Positions 24,498-38,985 of a stretch of DNA of 64,000 nt are shown here, in pieces (position 1 is the stretch's first letter; each line of letters opens with the position of its first letter). Under the pieces are notes generated by a model. It worked only from the letters and a program-made list of their open reading frames with translations. It made no database searches and had not been told where the DNA came from. This stretch comes from Octopus vulgaris (Eukaryota): NCBI GenBank assembly GCA_951406725.2, contig OX597815.1, positions 77,996,001 to 78,060,000 on the forward strand, written 5' to 3'. A program made the translations under genes and the position numbers.

Positions 24498-27400
24498 TAT
24501 ATAATTTCTTATTTTTATCATTTATTTTATTGCAGAGAAATTTTATTGATTAATCAACAGAATTGGTAGAGTGACAGACAAAATGTCTATGACTGTCATC
24601 TTTTTGGGATTAATAAAAATGTACCAGTAATATACTGAGGTTGTTTTCCCACCAGGAATTTGAGGCCTTGTGCCTATATTAGATATACATCTGGTTTTAA
24701 CTAACATTTTAGATTTATAATATAGGCATTTGGACATTGTTGATATTTTTGCTTTCCATTAAACAACAATGAATGCAATATTGTTGAGAATGGTAAATTC
24801 CTTAGTCTGTGTATAGTGCAAAGAGAGTCAGTATTTAAGGACTAAAACAATATCATCATCTAAACTGTAACATCTTCTGAATAATCCTTGTTAGAATCAC
24901 TACAATTCTTAAGTTGTAGTGATTATTAAATTTCCATGTTGCCCTTTTGAAATATTTTTTGATATACATCTTGCACCAGTTCCTCGTAGTTGTGAATGTA
25001 CAGATTTACCACATTCACTGTCATATCTAGATGAACAAATTCCAGGCTTAAAATTTGACATATTGAGAATTAGTTTGGTTTTTGCTTAAGAAAAATAGAT
25101 ATCAACAAAAGGCATTTAAGAAGTTAGTTATCTTTTTTATAAACTGATATTAGGTTTACTATTCAACTTTAATGCTCTGCAATCTTTCATGTTGACTGGA
25201 ACATCAAAATCTTAGTTTAAACATATGATTGCTTACTAACCATTTGCTCACAAAGTGTAACATTTGTGTACGCATATATATATATGTGTGTGTGTGTGGA
25301 ATACACCCAGTATACATCTAGGAAGACTATAATCTCAAGTGAAGACTTGATATTTGATTATGTAGAGTTTACTTTATTTTGACAGCAAGAGGACTCACAA
25401 ACAGCTTTTCTATTTCATGGGTCTAGTTGAGATATATTTATACACACACACACACACACACATGCACATTTGCCAACAGCATTGACAACTAAAGCCACCT
25501 TAAAACAATTATCCTTTAGATTCATTGTACTTCCTGAAATAATCAATCTTTGCAATGTCACTAAATTGTTTCTCAATAATTGTTTCACATTTTGCAGATT
25601 GTTGACAATATCCATTTATCAAAAAATTCATGGAAAATCCAAACAAAATGTTATCAACTGATATTGTTTATTACATTTCCACTTAGATTGAGGTACCCTT
25701 CTATGCAATGGGGTTTAATGATGCTGATGATCTACCAAGTAGCACCTTATTGCTGCTGTGTTTAATATAAACCCTGCTCACATAAACTAACATTTATTAT
25801 ATCTTTTGTCACCAAGGTGAAAAGTGTATTTTTCATTTATTAGGTTTTGAAAAGCCTAAATGTCAATCAATAGGCCATTGGCTATTCAAAATAATTTATT
25901 TTAATTGTGAATCATTTGTTATATCAACATTCATTCCCCAAATCCAACATTTGCAATAAAACATAGATAAACTTGTCTATCAACCCCAGCTTAGAAATTC
26001 ATTAAGTGAAAGATTTAATGTACAATCTCCATAGTTATTTGACTTGCAATCACAGTGAAAGATCTTTGTCATTTATGATGTCTACCCCATTTGATATTAT
26101 TAGTAATTTGTTTCAGATGGCAGCTCAGTATATATATGTGAAAAATCAAAAGAATATGGCAGTTTGAATAATGACTGATTAAGTGAATGTTCAAAGAAAT
26201 AACTTCATTGGGGGTGATACAAATATGCACTTTACTGAGTTAACTGCATATTATTCTTTAAAAAAAAACCTTTGTCCCATTATCAAAATAACATAAGAAA
26301 TGTATTTTTGAGTACTTCCAAGGCACAATTGTGAAAACCTGTAGAATTACCAAAATGTTATTGAAACATCAATGATTAGTTAACTGCCATCTTCATCAAT
26401 TTGTTACTCTTAAATAATCCTGAGAAAGTGCTTGCTTTTATAATCATTAGTATGGTAACCCAGTCTAACAGCTGTAGTTGTTCTACATATCATCAACATT
26501 GCAAGTATAAAATTGGTCTTTTTTTTTTTGATATTGTTTTATAAAGTCTTGGTAAATGTTTTTTTTTTGTTTTTGGTAGGGAATAGTAAAAACAATTTTG
26601 ATGGATTGCAAACATTTCAGTTAAGCAATTTTATGCAAATTACTTGTTTAAAGGATTTTGTGAAAACACTTATTATGAAAAAAGATGAAAAAAAAAAAAA
26701 TTATATTAGATTATTTGTAAGAGTAGTGAACTAAAGATAATATTCCATAACTGAATTTGAGGAAAAGAATGGTTTCTTACATTAGTACGAAGCCTGAAAT
26801 GGTTCCATTTGTTTTTTAGGATAAAATTATGAGAATCATGACATTCATGTCTTTCCCACAGATAATTCGCAGGCTCTAAATGTCCAGCTCATTTGTATAT
26901 TTACGTTTTAACTGTCAAATAATAATGCAATTAATTACAAGTTTCTAACTCATCAATTATTTAACTGCATTTGTGACAAGGGAGAGTTTGTAACTTGGTA
27001 AAGAACAAATACAAGAGACTTTGTTCAGAGACTACCAGTTTTGTTTTTCTTACCAATATATAATCACCATAACATAGACACCTACATACTTATGGGTTTT
27101 CATCTAATAAATTCCATACACAAGGCATTAGTTAACCTAATGTTGTTGTAGAAGATAAAGGTATCACACAGAAATCAAAGCTGAAACTATGTGGTTGTGA
27201 ACCAAACTTGTTATTCCCACAGCTAAACCTGTATCTATTATATACTTTTCTCTAGAAAATGTCATCAAAGATTAAAACTTCATCTGCATAGTTTCTTATT
27301 TCAATGAGGATCTTTATGTCATCATAGCTACTTCATTTAGTTTAGTAATTTGGAAGTCAAAGGTTGCAATATGTTTATAGGAGACATGGAATTCCTATAC

Positions 27401-27546
27401 CACTGACAATGTTACAATTTTTTCCATCTTATATAATCAGCAATATGTGATTGGGCACATGCTACTGATGTACTGAAAATACAGGATTAACTCCTTGAAA
27501 CATACATAAAGGAATACAAATATCAAATGTTTTTTTAGCATATATA

Positions 27547-28400
27547 TAGAGTGTGGTGAATAAAATGTCATCTAAATTACACAAAAATGAAAAATAACAG
27601 ACATCTCATTTTAACAGATATATTTACCAAAATTATATAAAAATATCTAGAAATACTGAAGAGTAAATTCATTTAATAAAATCATCGGCTTCAACCACAG
27701 CCTCCAGACAACTTCGGAATCTCCGGCAACTCTTCTGGACAGTCTCCTTGCTTAAATTAGTGAATGCTGCCATAATCCTTGCCTTCAGTTCATCTTTGAT
27801 GTTACAAGGAGTTTTGTTGGTCTCTCACTCAACTGTGCCCCACACATAATAATCAAGGGAGCTGCAGTCTGGGGAGTTAGGTGGTGATGTGGTCACAGAA
27901 ATTGTCTGACAGTCATGATTGAATTCTCCTGCTTGTGTGGCATGGTGTAGAGTCCTGTTGCCAAACATAGGGTATTCCAGCAGCCAGCCTCTTGACCCAA
28001 GGCAGCACTACCTCCTCCAGGCACTTGATGTAGGCCTCTGAGGTTGTGTGGGAAGATGAATGGAGGCATAACGTTACCATCATTAGTGATCACTCCAAAA
28101 ACCATGATGTTGACTGGATGTTTGATCTTTATCACTCTTGGTACATGTTTTGGGGACACAGCGAGCACTTAGATCAATACCCAAACACTCTGAAATGTTA
28201 GTATTGGAGATTCTGGTGCAAATGCCAAGCAGTACAGCATGTCATTTCCAAATTTCTAGCAGAGTGAATTGTGTCATGTTGCTGTTTTTCTCACAGTCCC
28301 CAAATGACCCTACTATACTGTGTAGTCAACAAAGTCAAAAACAATGCACACGCATGAAATTAGAAATATAAAATGGCCACAATTTACCCATTGTACCCTG
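27547..28400 (-). mobile_element. Tc1/mariner DD37D (maT-like) internally deleted element
   Basis: KHPVNIMVFGVITNDGNVMPPFIF...YIKCLEEVVLPWVK...YVWQQDSTPCHTS...SCLEAVVEA; imperfect termini of type cagggtacaatgggtaaattgt. Confidence 0.82.
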
Positions 28401-31400
28401 TGTGTGTATGTGTATATATATATAAAGAATTAACTATAGAAAATAATTGTTCTTTAGTTTGATCACACCTGGCAATATCTTCTCCAAACCTTATTACATT
28501 ATTAAGTGGTTGTGATTTTATATGTCATTGTATGTAAAACTTTTTGCATCAAATTTTTTACTGTTATTAAGAGAAATAATTAGAAACCTTTAATTAAAAC
28601 TTGGGGTGCAGTTTTGTTTGCACTATAAAAAGAAAAGAAAAAAAAAAGGAAAACATTTAAACAGAAAAATCATTGGAGGGACCAACATTACTTGCAATGT
28701 ATGCTAATTGTTCATGTTACCTTATGACTGGGTATTGTTTTATATTGAAACCTTGGGTCAAAAGATATTAGAATTGTTCACGCTTTGTCTGGTCATTAAA
28801 ACTGCACTTTCTTCAATAATTATTTGTATTGTAAACAGTTAATGTTTGCTAGGGGAAAAATATTTTTTAAAAAGCTTATTTTCTGGTATATTTTTCTTTA
28901 AATCTATGAACGAATTTAAATTTTAGTAGTAAAATCTTAAAGCTGAAATATGATCTTTGAATTTTTTTCAAACTGGCCAAAATTAAATCATGTGGAAAGC
29001 TTGACAAAAAAGTGTTAGACTGTGCAGTTTTTGTGATTCACATTCTATTATTTAATAATGGCAAAGAAAATTTATCCCCTATTTTTATTTAGAAACCTAT
29101 GGGCCCTCTCAGTTCTTAATTTTACACACTTTGTAGCAATCATGAAATAAAAGGAAATCTTTATCTTTTATATTTTGTGTTTGTATTTTTCCAATCTTTC
29201 AAAAAGTGATTGATTTCCAGAACTTTGGAAATCAATGAACATCACTGAATTCGTATGAGAAGCTACAAACTATCGATGACTTCCGAATAATTTGCATTCA
29301 ATTATACTGACATTTAAGAAATTTTCTATTGCTGTTTTAAAATTTTTCCATTAATCTATAACTCCAAAAATCACTTGTCTCTCTTTATCCCTCAAGGTAT
29401 GCACAATCATTCAATACCAGTGTTCTCAATTCAAAATTGTGGATTATAGAATGAGGTGATGGCAATCAACCAGATCCTTTTAATGAAACCGAAAAATCTA
29501 AACAGTTTAAATAATTACATATCAATTAGTTTTCTAGTTGTGTTAATAGGGTTTTGTGTTAAATGTAAATGGATGAAACCCACTTCTATACTGCATAGCT
29601 TGTTCTTTGCTGTGGAACTTAGCTGTTTGGTGAATATTGACACTTTCTTAAAACACAAAAAAGTTTGTACCTACCACCTAGCTAACACATGTCCCCTTTA
29701 GGCTGGTCTTTGTCCACTTGATGTAAAATTAGAATTTAGGTCCTTACCTTTAATGTGATAACAAAAAATATACTTTTGAAATTTTATATAACAGATTGAT
29801 GACATACCCCACTGTTATGATAACAGTTTTACTGGAAGAAAGAGAAATTACTATTTATTGTAAATATAATAAATAATTAGGTTTGAATCAAAATCAATCA
29901 TATTTAATGAATTAATTTAATTTCTATCAGAAACTTTCAATAACAGAAAAAGAAAATGAAACAAATAGTATTTATTAAAATTATATCTTTAATAGGCTGA
30001 GCAATAAAAATAAACACTTCAGTTTTAAGGCAAATTATACATTTATAAAATCAAAAAGCATTTCTTCTTCAAATATTGAAAAAATGCTTTATAGTAAAAT
30101 AACTCACCCTAAAAAAGCCTGGAAAGATATTTTCAAATGAAAGGCTTTTATTGCTTCTTTTAAAAATCAATTTCATGTTTTTTTGTACCAAGTCCAAAAT
30201 GTTGATAGAGAAAAATCAAAATTTACTTCAATCTACTAATCACAAGCAGATTTTTCTTTCACAAATTTGATTCCACCACCACTTCTAGATAACCAATATC
30301 CTGGTATGATTTCACTATTTGAAATATTATGCTGTTATGAATTTAAACAGAAACTCCTGTTTTCTCTCAACATACATCTGATTGGAGCAGTGCATTAGAA
30401 TCATGGACAACTTCAGTAAGAATGTAAACTGCATCACAAATTTGGCACTATGAAAAGTATACGGAAAGGAATTTTTCTTCTTTTTTAATGATTTCATAAA
30501 AATGATAAGCTGATTTAAAACAGATCAATGATTTATAATTTAACTTTGAACAGTTTTTTTTTTTTTTTTTTTGGAAAAATAAATGAAAAATGTTATTTTA
30601 AAATACTTTTTTCTATAACAGACACAGTGTGCATGCATATATATATATATTATTACTTTGTTTTCATTGAGCCATTTAGAAAATATTTCATGATAATCCT
30701 TTCTACTATAGGCACAGGGACTGAAATTTGGGGGAGGGAATAGTCGATTTCATCAACCCCAGTGTTTCACTGGTTCTTAATTTATCAACCCCCAAAAGGA
30801 TGAAAGGCAAAGTCGACCTCAGCAGAATTTGAACTCAGGATATGAAGACAGATAAAATACCACTAAGCATTTTGTCTGACGTGCTAACATTTCTGCCAGT
30901 TTGCTGCCTTAATAATAATTCTGTTCATGATTCATTGCTAACTTTTTGGAATCTTAGTAAATGGCCCTAAGATAATTTACTCTACTGCGAAATATTACGA
31001 AAATTCTTGCATAAGTTGATAATTTGTTCTAAATTCTACAGTATATATGTAGAGTATGTTATTAAAATGTAGATATGCTAATTTATTCAATAAAATAAAA
31101 TAATTTTTTTGAATGAGAGTTCTGTACTCAAAATGTTAAAACTCATCTCTCAAGACATATTACTTTATTTTAAGAATTCTACAAAATGCTTGTGACCCTG
31201 TGGTACCTGCTGATGATAAATAAAAGGGTTTCCAACATTGTGATGGATTCAAAAGATGAGCTTGTAATATCTCAGTAGTTGCTGCAGTTTTTGCATGGGT
31301 CAAAGCATCTTATGTTTATTTCACCAGCCAGTAATAAGACGTGGTATCTTCTTCTTATCTAGTGTGATTCATTAATCAGAATATCTAAATTCCACATTTA

Positions 31401-32546
31401 TTTTTGTACAAAATACACAAGAGAATAAAGAGAAACAAAAGTCAATAAAACTTAAAATAATCTTGATTTCCATAATTTAATAATACAATCATACAATATA
31501 TCCTTTACCTCCAACATTATATTTTAAATTAACAGTTTCAGATTGTTATTGTCAAATTTGATTTCCTCTCATAATGGTTTCTAATTAAGGCACGAGTCCA
31601 ACAAATTTTGTGGGGAGCAGGCTTGTTAATGTGATCCTCAATACTAAACTGGAACTTTATTTCATCCCCTCAGAGTTGAACTTAGAACATAAAGAACCAA
31701 AAGAAATACTGATAGGTATTTTGTCTGATGCTCTAACCATCCTGCTACCCATTAAATTATTAACAGTTTACATAGTTTGAATTCTGACATTGATAAGGCC
31801 ACTACATATTTGTATGAGAGTCTAAGACAGGAGGATGTCAATAGTACTTATATATCAGCCTCATTTCCATGTCAACTCTGGAAGGATGAAAGGTGAAATT
31901 TGCCTCATACATTGTATGTAAAATTAACAATGAAAGTGAAATGTTAAAAAAAAAACCTATTAACACCAATTCCTTTGATTTCTACCCATCACCAGAAAAA
32001 AATATTTTAATTGTTATGTCCTCAGTATTAGCCTCATTAGTTATGCAAAATATATTGTTTCATTGTTTCAAGTGACTGTAAAAACAAGATGTCTCATGGA
32101 AAATCGCTAACTCTTGCGATCATATTTTTAATTTATCATACTCTGAGTGAGTATCAGTTAATTTTGAAAATAATCAAGAATTTTTAAGGAATTTTGCAAA
32201 ATAATTTGTTACTGAGCTAGTACTTGAAATATGATTTAGGAAAAGTTCTTACCTAAAATTATGAAGCAATGTTTTAAAATAAGTATTAACACTTTAAAAT
32301 GAATTGTTTGTGTTCATGGAACCAGAGGTAGTCTCAGGCTGCTTGGTATCAAAAGAGCAAAAGACATTACCATCAATATAGTTTTAACATCCACTTTTCC
32401 ATGCTCACATGAAGTGGATGGAATTTATTGAAGCAGATTTTCTATGGCTGGATGTCCTTTTAATATATTTCCTTCCATTAGAATAAAGGCATCAACTGAC
32501 ATAACACACACACACACACATATTTATGCAGCAGTGGCTGTCTTAA

Positions 32547-32753
32547 CCCTTTAGCATTCAGATTACTGTGAAATGTAATACTTATTTCACATTGGTTTGA
32601 ACTAATCATGCATTATCTCGTAGCTTCAAAATTTTGATGATGTGATTGTTTATTTGTAGAATGATATTGCAGGGTGTGAGAGATCATATCTGTCCCATTT
32701 GAACATAAAACAGAATATTTTGGCTGGATATAGCCAGTTTAAATGCAAAAGGG
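32547..32753. mobile_element. piggyBac-type MITE, 207 bp
   Basis: TTAA|CCCTTTAGCATT...AATGCAAAAGGG|TTAA. An inverted, decayed relative lies at about 36400-36625. Confidence 0.88.
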
Positions 32754-34188
32754 TTAAGGCATGGGACACACTGGTCAGTTACCCAAGTGCAACATGGGTC
32801 TATGAGCCCAATACTAATTTATGCATGCTTGGCTCATCAAATGCATAATTATAGGTCTTAGTGAATTGCTTAATCAAGGGGCAGATAATACTGTATAAAA
32901 AAAGACCCAGGTGTGCATGTGTTTGTGTTCAGTCTGCAAATGGAAGAAAACTTTTATCTTTAGTTTTGTTTTATTTTCATTTATTTTCCTCGTGAATTCT
33001 ATATAAAAAATGCCAGAAGATTACATCCAACACTGAAGACCATACAATAGTTTTAGAAGTCAGCGCTAAAGAAACTTTAGAATATATTTGGCATTATCAG
33101 AAACAAACTATCCAGATAACTATTTGGCTGTGTGTATTGATCATTTCAGTGATATTTCAAAGTAAATTTACTCAAATCATTTATTTTGAGGATAAATTTA
33201 AAAGCAAGTCTTACAAGTATTCAGAAAGTTTAATAGAATTTCAAAGTGATTAAATAGTTTGCAAACCAAGTGTTCTTCCAGTTAACATAAGCCGGGTTTG
33301 ACAATTATAAATCACTAAAGTGCATTACTCAGTGACCTCAGCTGCATAAAAAAACAATAGTTCAGTAAATGCTAACAATGTACCAAATATCCAAAAGCTA
33401 ATTTATTATGAAATGAGGAAAAGATATAATATTAGCTCAGTGATTAATATATTAATATGTACAGGAGACAACTCTGGACATGTTTTGGTCTTATTTAGAC
33501 CACCTCTGCAAAGCACACACTTCACTATACCAGCTGAAGTAGTGATGAAGTGAATCACTAAGCAGGTGTTAAAAAAAAGCATATTTGAAAAAAATTTGAA
33601 ACAAAACATACTTGATTAAATATTAATTGTATACAATCTCTAAAACATACAAGAATTTCTATATGTAACACATCCACATTGGGGAAAAGGCTAATATAGA
33701 GTTGTTTAATATGTATGAAGTTTTATTAGTATAAATCAATATTTTTACTAGTAGTTATAACTAAGAATAATAATTATCATTAGTATAAACCTTAAAATTA
33801 TCATTTCCCTATCTATTAACTTTTAATTCTATTTTTCTTAGGAAATATTTTATGAAGAAATGGTTATTGATGAAAAAAAGTATTTCAATTTATAAAAATA
33901 AAAGCTTGCTCAACAGCAAATGTTTTCCTATCGTGGCTCGGACTTGATATATTTTAATTTCAGCCATGCAGACTTAAATTGTGGTCACAGGCTTTTGGAA
34001 TGATCTCCCTTTAAAAAGTTTTATTCAATGAAACATTTTTCTCTTTCTCTCTTTCTATATATTATGTATACATACATATGTGATATTTTAAGGTTGCATA
34101 TTAAAATCTAGTTAAGACTTGTTCTATAAAAATATGAACCTCAAAGTTTCTGCGAATCAGGTATGAAATGGTCAATTGAGGTGTGTTG

Positions 34189-34365
34189 TTAGTAGATCCA
34201 GTTAGAAGGGACCCATTGTGTTTCATTGCTGAGTTCATCAATTGCCTCGCGTAACGACTGGTATGACTGATTGAAGTCATCATTAATAATAATCAAGTCA
34301 AAATAGCTTTTATAAACTTGTTCTATCTGCATGCTTTCATCAACCATTCCTAGAAAATCTTCCTC
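34189..34365 (-). CDS. MPP6: p55-subfamily MAGUK (MPP6/MPP2/varicose-like), last coding exon
   Basis: Acceptor aattcacag. Encodes EEDFLGMVDESMQIEQVYKSYFDLIIINDDFNQSYQSLREAIDELSNETQWVPSNWIY*; YFDLIIIND and QWVP-x-x-W are the MPP C-terminal signature. Confidence 0.93.
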   Translation of the reverse strand, partial: EEDFLGMVDESMQIEQVYKSYFDLIIINDDFNQSYQSLREAIDELSNETQWVPSNWIY

Positions 34366-35260
34366 CTGTGAATTACAGAAAAAAACAAATTCATTAGCAA
34401 TCTGATTACTACATATAAATATATCAAGACATCAAAGATTTCACAAAAAAAAAAAATTACAAAATACAAACGATTTGTTTTACTCAAACTACACCAGTTA
34501 CCCTACATCCTTTACCCTTACTTGTTTCAATTACTGAATTGTGGGCAATGCTGGGGCATCACCTTGAAAGGTTTAGTTGCACAAACTGACTCCAGTACTT
34601 ATTTTTTAAGTCTGGCACATATTGGTCTCTTGTTGAACCATTAAGTTATGGATACAAATACAAACCAATAGTCAAGTGGTGGGGTAGGGCAAAAAAAAAA
34701 AAAAACAGAATGGGCTTCCTCACACTTTCTCATCAGATTTACAAGTTATTAGTTGGCCCAGGAGGGTTATAACTGAAAATACCAGTCTAATGAGCCATGC
34801 AGAGGAACTAACCAAAAACCACATGGTTGCAAAGCTAGTTTTTTTAGCCACATCCTCAGGTTGACCAAAGTCTTGTGAGAAAAACTGGATAGACAGAAAC
34901 TGTGTAGAGGCTCATCAGAGGAACAGTCCTGTCCTTGGGTGGCAAGTACCCTGCTCACTTTTTGGTATCCCTTTCATAACTCATCTTAGGCCACAGTTGG
35001 TTCTAAGATACAAAACAATCCATTTTAAAGTGATACTGTCTAAATTCATCTCTTATAATAACTCAAGAATATTTTGTTCACAAAAGATTTACTCTTTTGG
35101 TGATTTCAGTCATTGTATTACCTCCATGGCAGAGTGTCTTCAAGGTTTTTAAGCAACCATATTGACCACAGTATTTATTATATCTTTCATAATTAAAAGC
35201 ATTTCAGACACATCTCCAGTCTCAAGACAACTTCCTCCCATCAATTTAAAAGCTCTTTAA

Positions 35261-35471
35261 CCCTTTTGATACCAACCCACCTGAGACCGATCTTAGTTCT
35301 GAGGTACAAACATTTTGTTTTCTAGAGTTCTGAATTAAAATCTTTCATCAGATCTTAGTGTTAATTTATCAATCACCAGTTAATAAAGACAAAGTTATTT
35401 TACTAAATACTTTGTTATTTTCAAAATTAATAGTGGTAAAGACAGTATCACAACAGAAATATAACAAAAGG
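35261..35471. mobile_element. piggyBac-type MITE, decayed
   Basis: TTAA|CCCTTTTGATACC...TAACAAAAGG; internal sequence is the inverse of 15526-15741. Relatives at about 32110-32358, 39018-39218 and 61440-61633. Confidence 0.7.
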
Positions 35472-35790
35472 ATAGGGTCCATAAGTTTGTCCTTTTATAA
35501 AGTCATGTGAAAAGTGAATTCAAACCTTTATTTGATGACTTATATGATCTAAAATCAAATGTAAATCCTCTGATATAGTTGTTACATCAATGTAACCACT
35601 GGACACTGACTTCATTATGAGGTAAAGAAGGTTGCTTTTCAACCTTGTGATTCTAGGTTCAATTTAATTGAACAACACCTTGATCAGGTGTTTTCTACCA
35701 TTGCCATTGGTTGACCAATGTTTTATGAGTGGAATTTGAATGGAAACAATGTAGAGGACCATCATACCCTTTGTGTGTGTGTGTGTGTGT

Positions 35791-36255
35791 ATGGTGCAAT
35801 GGGTAAATTGTCACCATTTTATATTTTTAATTTTGTACATGTACATTGTTTTTGATTTTGCCAACTACACAGTATAGTAGAGTCAGTTGGGCACCATCTG
35901 TGAGAAAAACAGCATCATGATGCAATTCACTGCCAGAAATTTAGAAACGACATGCTGTACTGCTTGGCATTCACACTGGAAACTCCAATATGAACATTTC
36001 AGAGTGCTTGGGTATCAATCTGTGGACATGTACTGAAAGTAATAAAAATCAAACATCCAGTCAACATCAAGGTATTTAGAGTGATCACTAGTGATGGCAA
36101 CGTTATGCTTCCATTCATCTTCCAACACAACCTCAGACTCAACACAGAGGCCTACATCAAGTGCCTGGAGGAGGTAGTCTGCTCTGGGTCAAGAGGTTGG
36201 CCGCTGGAAGACCCTATGTCTGGCAACAGGACTCTGCACCATGCCACACAAGCAA
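35791..36255 (+). mobile_element. Second, truncated copy of the DD37D/maT-like element
   Basis: Inverse homolog of 27940-28400; encodes ITSDGNVMLPFIFQHNLRLNTEAYIKCLEEVV and WQQDSAPCHTS. Confidence 0.82.
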
Positions 36256-36784
36256 AGTGTATCAATCTTAAGTAAAAATATGTACTAGGGTCACTTTGTT
36301 GAACTAAATTCTTCAAGGTGATGCTCTAGTATGGGTATAGTCCAATGACAAACAAATAAAAGATAAAGGATAAGTGCCTGAGCAATGGAGTTGCACACCT
36401 TAATCTTTTAGCATTTAAATCAGCCAAATCTAGTGAAAATATTCTACCCATTCTCTGTTCAAAGTCACCAGATCTTACCTCTCGCACCTATCTTACAATG
36501 TCATTCTAAAAATAAACAATTTCATCATCAAAATCTTGAAGTTATAAGGTAATGCATGATTAATTCAAAACAATGTGAATAAATAAGCACTACATTTGAC
36601 AGAACCTGAGTGCTAAACAATTAGAATATTTTTTTATAACAAAATATTAAGCAGAGAAACTAAGCTATGTAATGACTTTTGCAATGCAATAATCATTCTA
36701 AGTATAATGTTTTAAAGAGGATGATCTCAATTCAAAAATCGAGAGAGATGAGCATTTATATATTTAAATAAAACAATAACTTAC

Positions 36785-36805
36785 AGTTTTTAACTCCATA
36801 CGTCC
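36785..36805 (-). CDS. MPP6: MAGUK 21-nt microexon (GRMELKT)
   Basis: ttttttttttcttttcacag|GGACGTATGGAGTTAAAAACT|gtaagt; phase 0/0 between flanking phase-0 junctions. Confidence 0.8.
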
Positions 36806-37168
36806 CTGTGAAAAGAAAAAAAAAATATCAGTATATTCTCAGAATAGTTAAATTGTTATATTGTTTAATTTTAGAGAGAAAAATTTTACAGATTTTGTTG
36901 GCAATTATTATAACATGTCAAGATACTAGTATCCCAGAATCCCTTGCATCAATAAGCCAATTGTGTTATGAACACAGTCATCATAAATAGGTGATACATA
37001 ACAGCAACTAGCATATTTTATGTTTGAAGCTGCCAGGATGCATTAAGAATAAATATGCTAGTCAATATTTATTATAAATCTTGTATATGATGTATACAAT
37101 GCTGTATATGATGTATACAATGCATAGGTCAAAGATTACCGAAAATTAGTTTAATGACTAACACTTAC

Positions 37169-37285
37169 CCTGTAGCCTCTAGCTTGTTTACCAAGCTCAT
37201 GCATCTCTCTTAACACATCTGCACTTGGAGCAGCCATGAACACAATGAAGGGTAAAAATTCTGCAGTTTTCAAAATTTTCAAAGA
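37169..37285 (-). CDS. MPP6: MAGUK GK-domain exon
   Basis: ctgtttcag|SLKILKTAEFLPFIVFMAAPSADVLREMHELGKQARGYR|gtaagt, 117 nt. Confidence 0.92.
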
Positions 37286-38448
37286 CTGAAACAGAGAAAA
37301 TTGAATAAAAGAAAAGAAAAATGGGAGCATTTTTCATCACAGAAGTTATGTGAGATCTAAATAAAGTAGAACTTGATGTTTGGGTAGCATCAAAGCACAA
37401 AAAACTGGAACAAATACTATGAGGAATCAAGCAACAAGCTGTAAATATAATTATAGCAGCAAATTGTAAAATACAATTATTCTAACAAGACAGAGAAACC
37501 TCTAATAAAAGAATTAAATTTTAACAATTATTTGTGCTTTATTAAATATTTTTTCTACTAAAGGAAATACATCACAGCTGGAATAAGATAAGATATTTTC
37601 TTTAATAATGTTAAAAATTTATTAATTCCCTCTCTCTCTCTCTTTCGGAGAGGCACAAGCACCTACACGCACATATACACACACGGCAGTAACTTCCGCC
37701 TGCTGAATTCAATCACAAAGCTTCGGTCGGCTCGGGGCTATAGCAGAAGACACCTACCCAAAGTGCCACGCAGTGGGACTGAACCCGAAACCATGTAGCT
37801 AAATAAAACAGCCTCAAAATTAGGAAAGGAAAATGCTTTATCAGAAGATATATTTGATAGCTAATGGTTTGGAGATGATAAATATATAATTTTATGAAGA
37901 TGAATTTCCTGAACAAAGAATGTGGACACTGTTGGTTGGTAGCTGATATCATAGTCAAGGGTTGACCAATATCTTGTGACAACTAACAGGTAGAAACTGA
38001 ATTTGGTCAGGTATGTGTGCGTGTGTGTTTGTGGGAATGAGTTTGTATTTCTGTCTTCACTTGTGGACAGAGAAATACGAACTCATTTTATTCACAAAAC
38101 CTCACATTCACATGGTGTCACTGCATAATCATTTCTAGGTTATTTGTTGTTCAATAGACAAAGAATATTCCTATGGGGAATACTACCTTGGTGGGAGTTG
38201 ATATCAAAAAGGGCAACTAGCTGTAGAAAAATTTGCTCGAGCATAGTCTCATTTAACCCATGCAACATGGGAAAATGGATGTTAAAACAACAACAATGAA
38301 TCTTCAGAACAAAGAAGTGACAAGATAGGAATTAAGTTCAATTTCTCAACAAGTCATATATATATATCTGTACACAGAAAATGTGTTCAAATAGATGTGC
38401 ATGTATCTATGTGTGTATAAACAAATAAATATATACTATACACACACA

Positions 38449-38985
38449 CAAGGTCTGATCACAAAGCATCAGGATTGGAGCTACAGAAAGAAAACTACAA
38501 ATCAATTTGGCATTTAATCTCCTTTGAAGTAGTCCCTTTCTGAACCTACATACTTTATCCAGCATTGCTTTGATGGATGTGTTCCTGGAACTTTTTTGGG
38601 GATAGCAAGCAGCTGTCTCACTGTTTTCTCTTGGATTTCCTTGACATCTTGAAATCTTGTTCCTTTCAAGTGGGATTCTTTTCAAACCTTGGTTTCAGGG
38701 TCAAAGTCTAGATCCACAATTTGTCACCTGTTACAACCATTTTCAAAACATTGTGTTCCTTGACACAATCAAAGAAATCCTGTGCAGCCAAAACCTTATC
38801 TTCTGTTTCAGATGATCACATTCTACACACTTTACTTCCAAGTGTGGCTATAAACAATAGAAATAAGCAAGAACATTATAACTTAGTGTGAGAGTTCAAG
38901 GTCAATCTGTGCCAAGTGGCTTCACTCTATGCACCTTAGCTCCATTACTATAGGATCAGTCTTGATACTTTTTGATCAGACCTCA
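38449..38985 (-). mobile_element. Non-autonomous mariner (irritans-like), about 535 bp
   Basis: TIRs aggtctgatcacaaagcatcagga / tcttgatactttttgatcagacct; remnants VVTGDKLW and LKGTRFQDVKEIQ...DYFKGD*. Confidence 0.72.

Noticed and set aside
31200-31260. CTGATGA as a hammerhead, C box or SECIS
   Set aside because: No correctly placed GAAA/NUH, D box or convincing SECIS stem.
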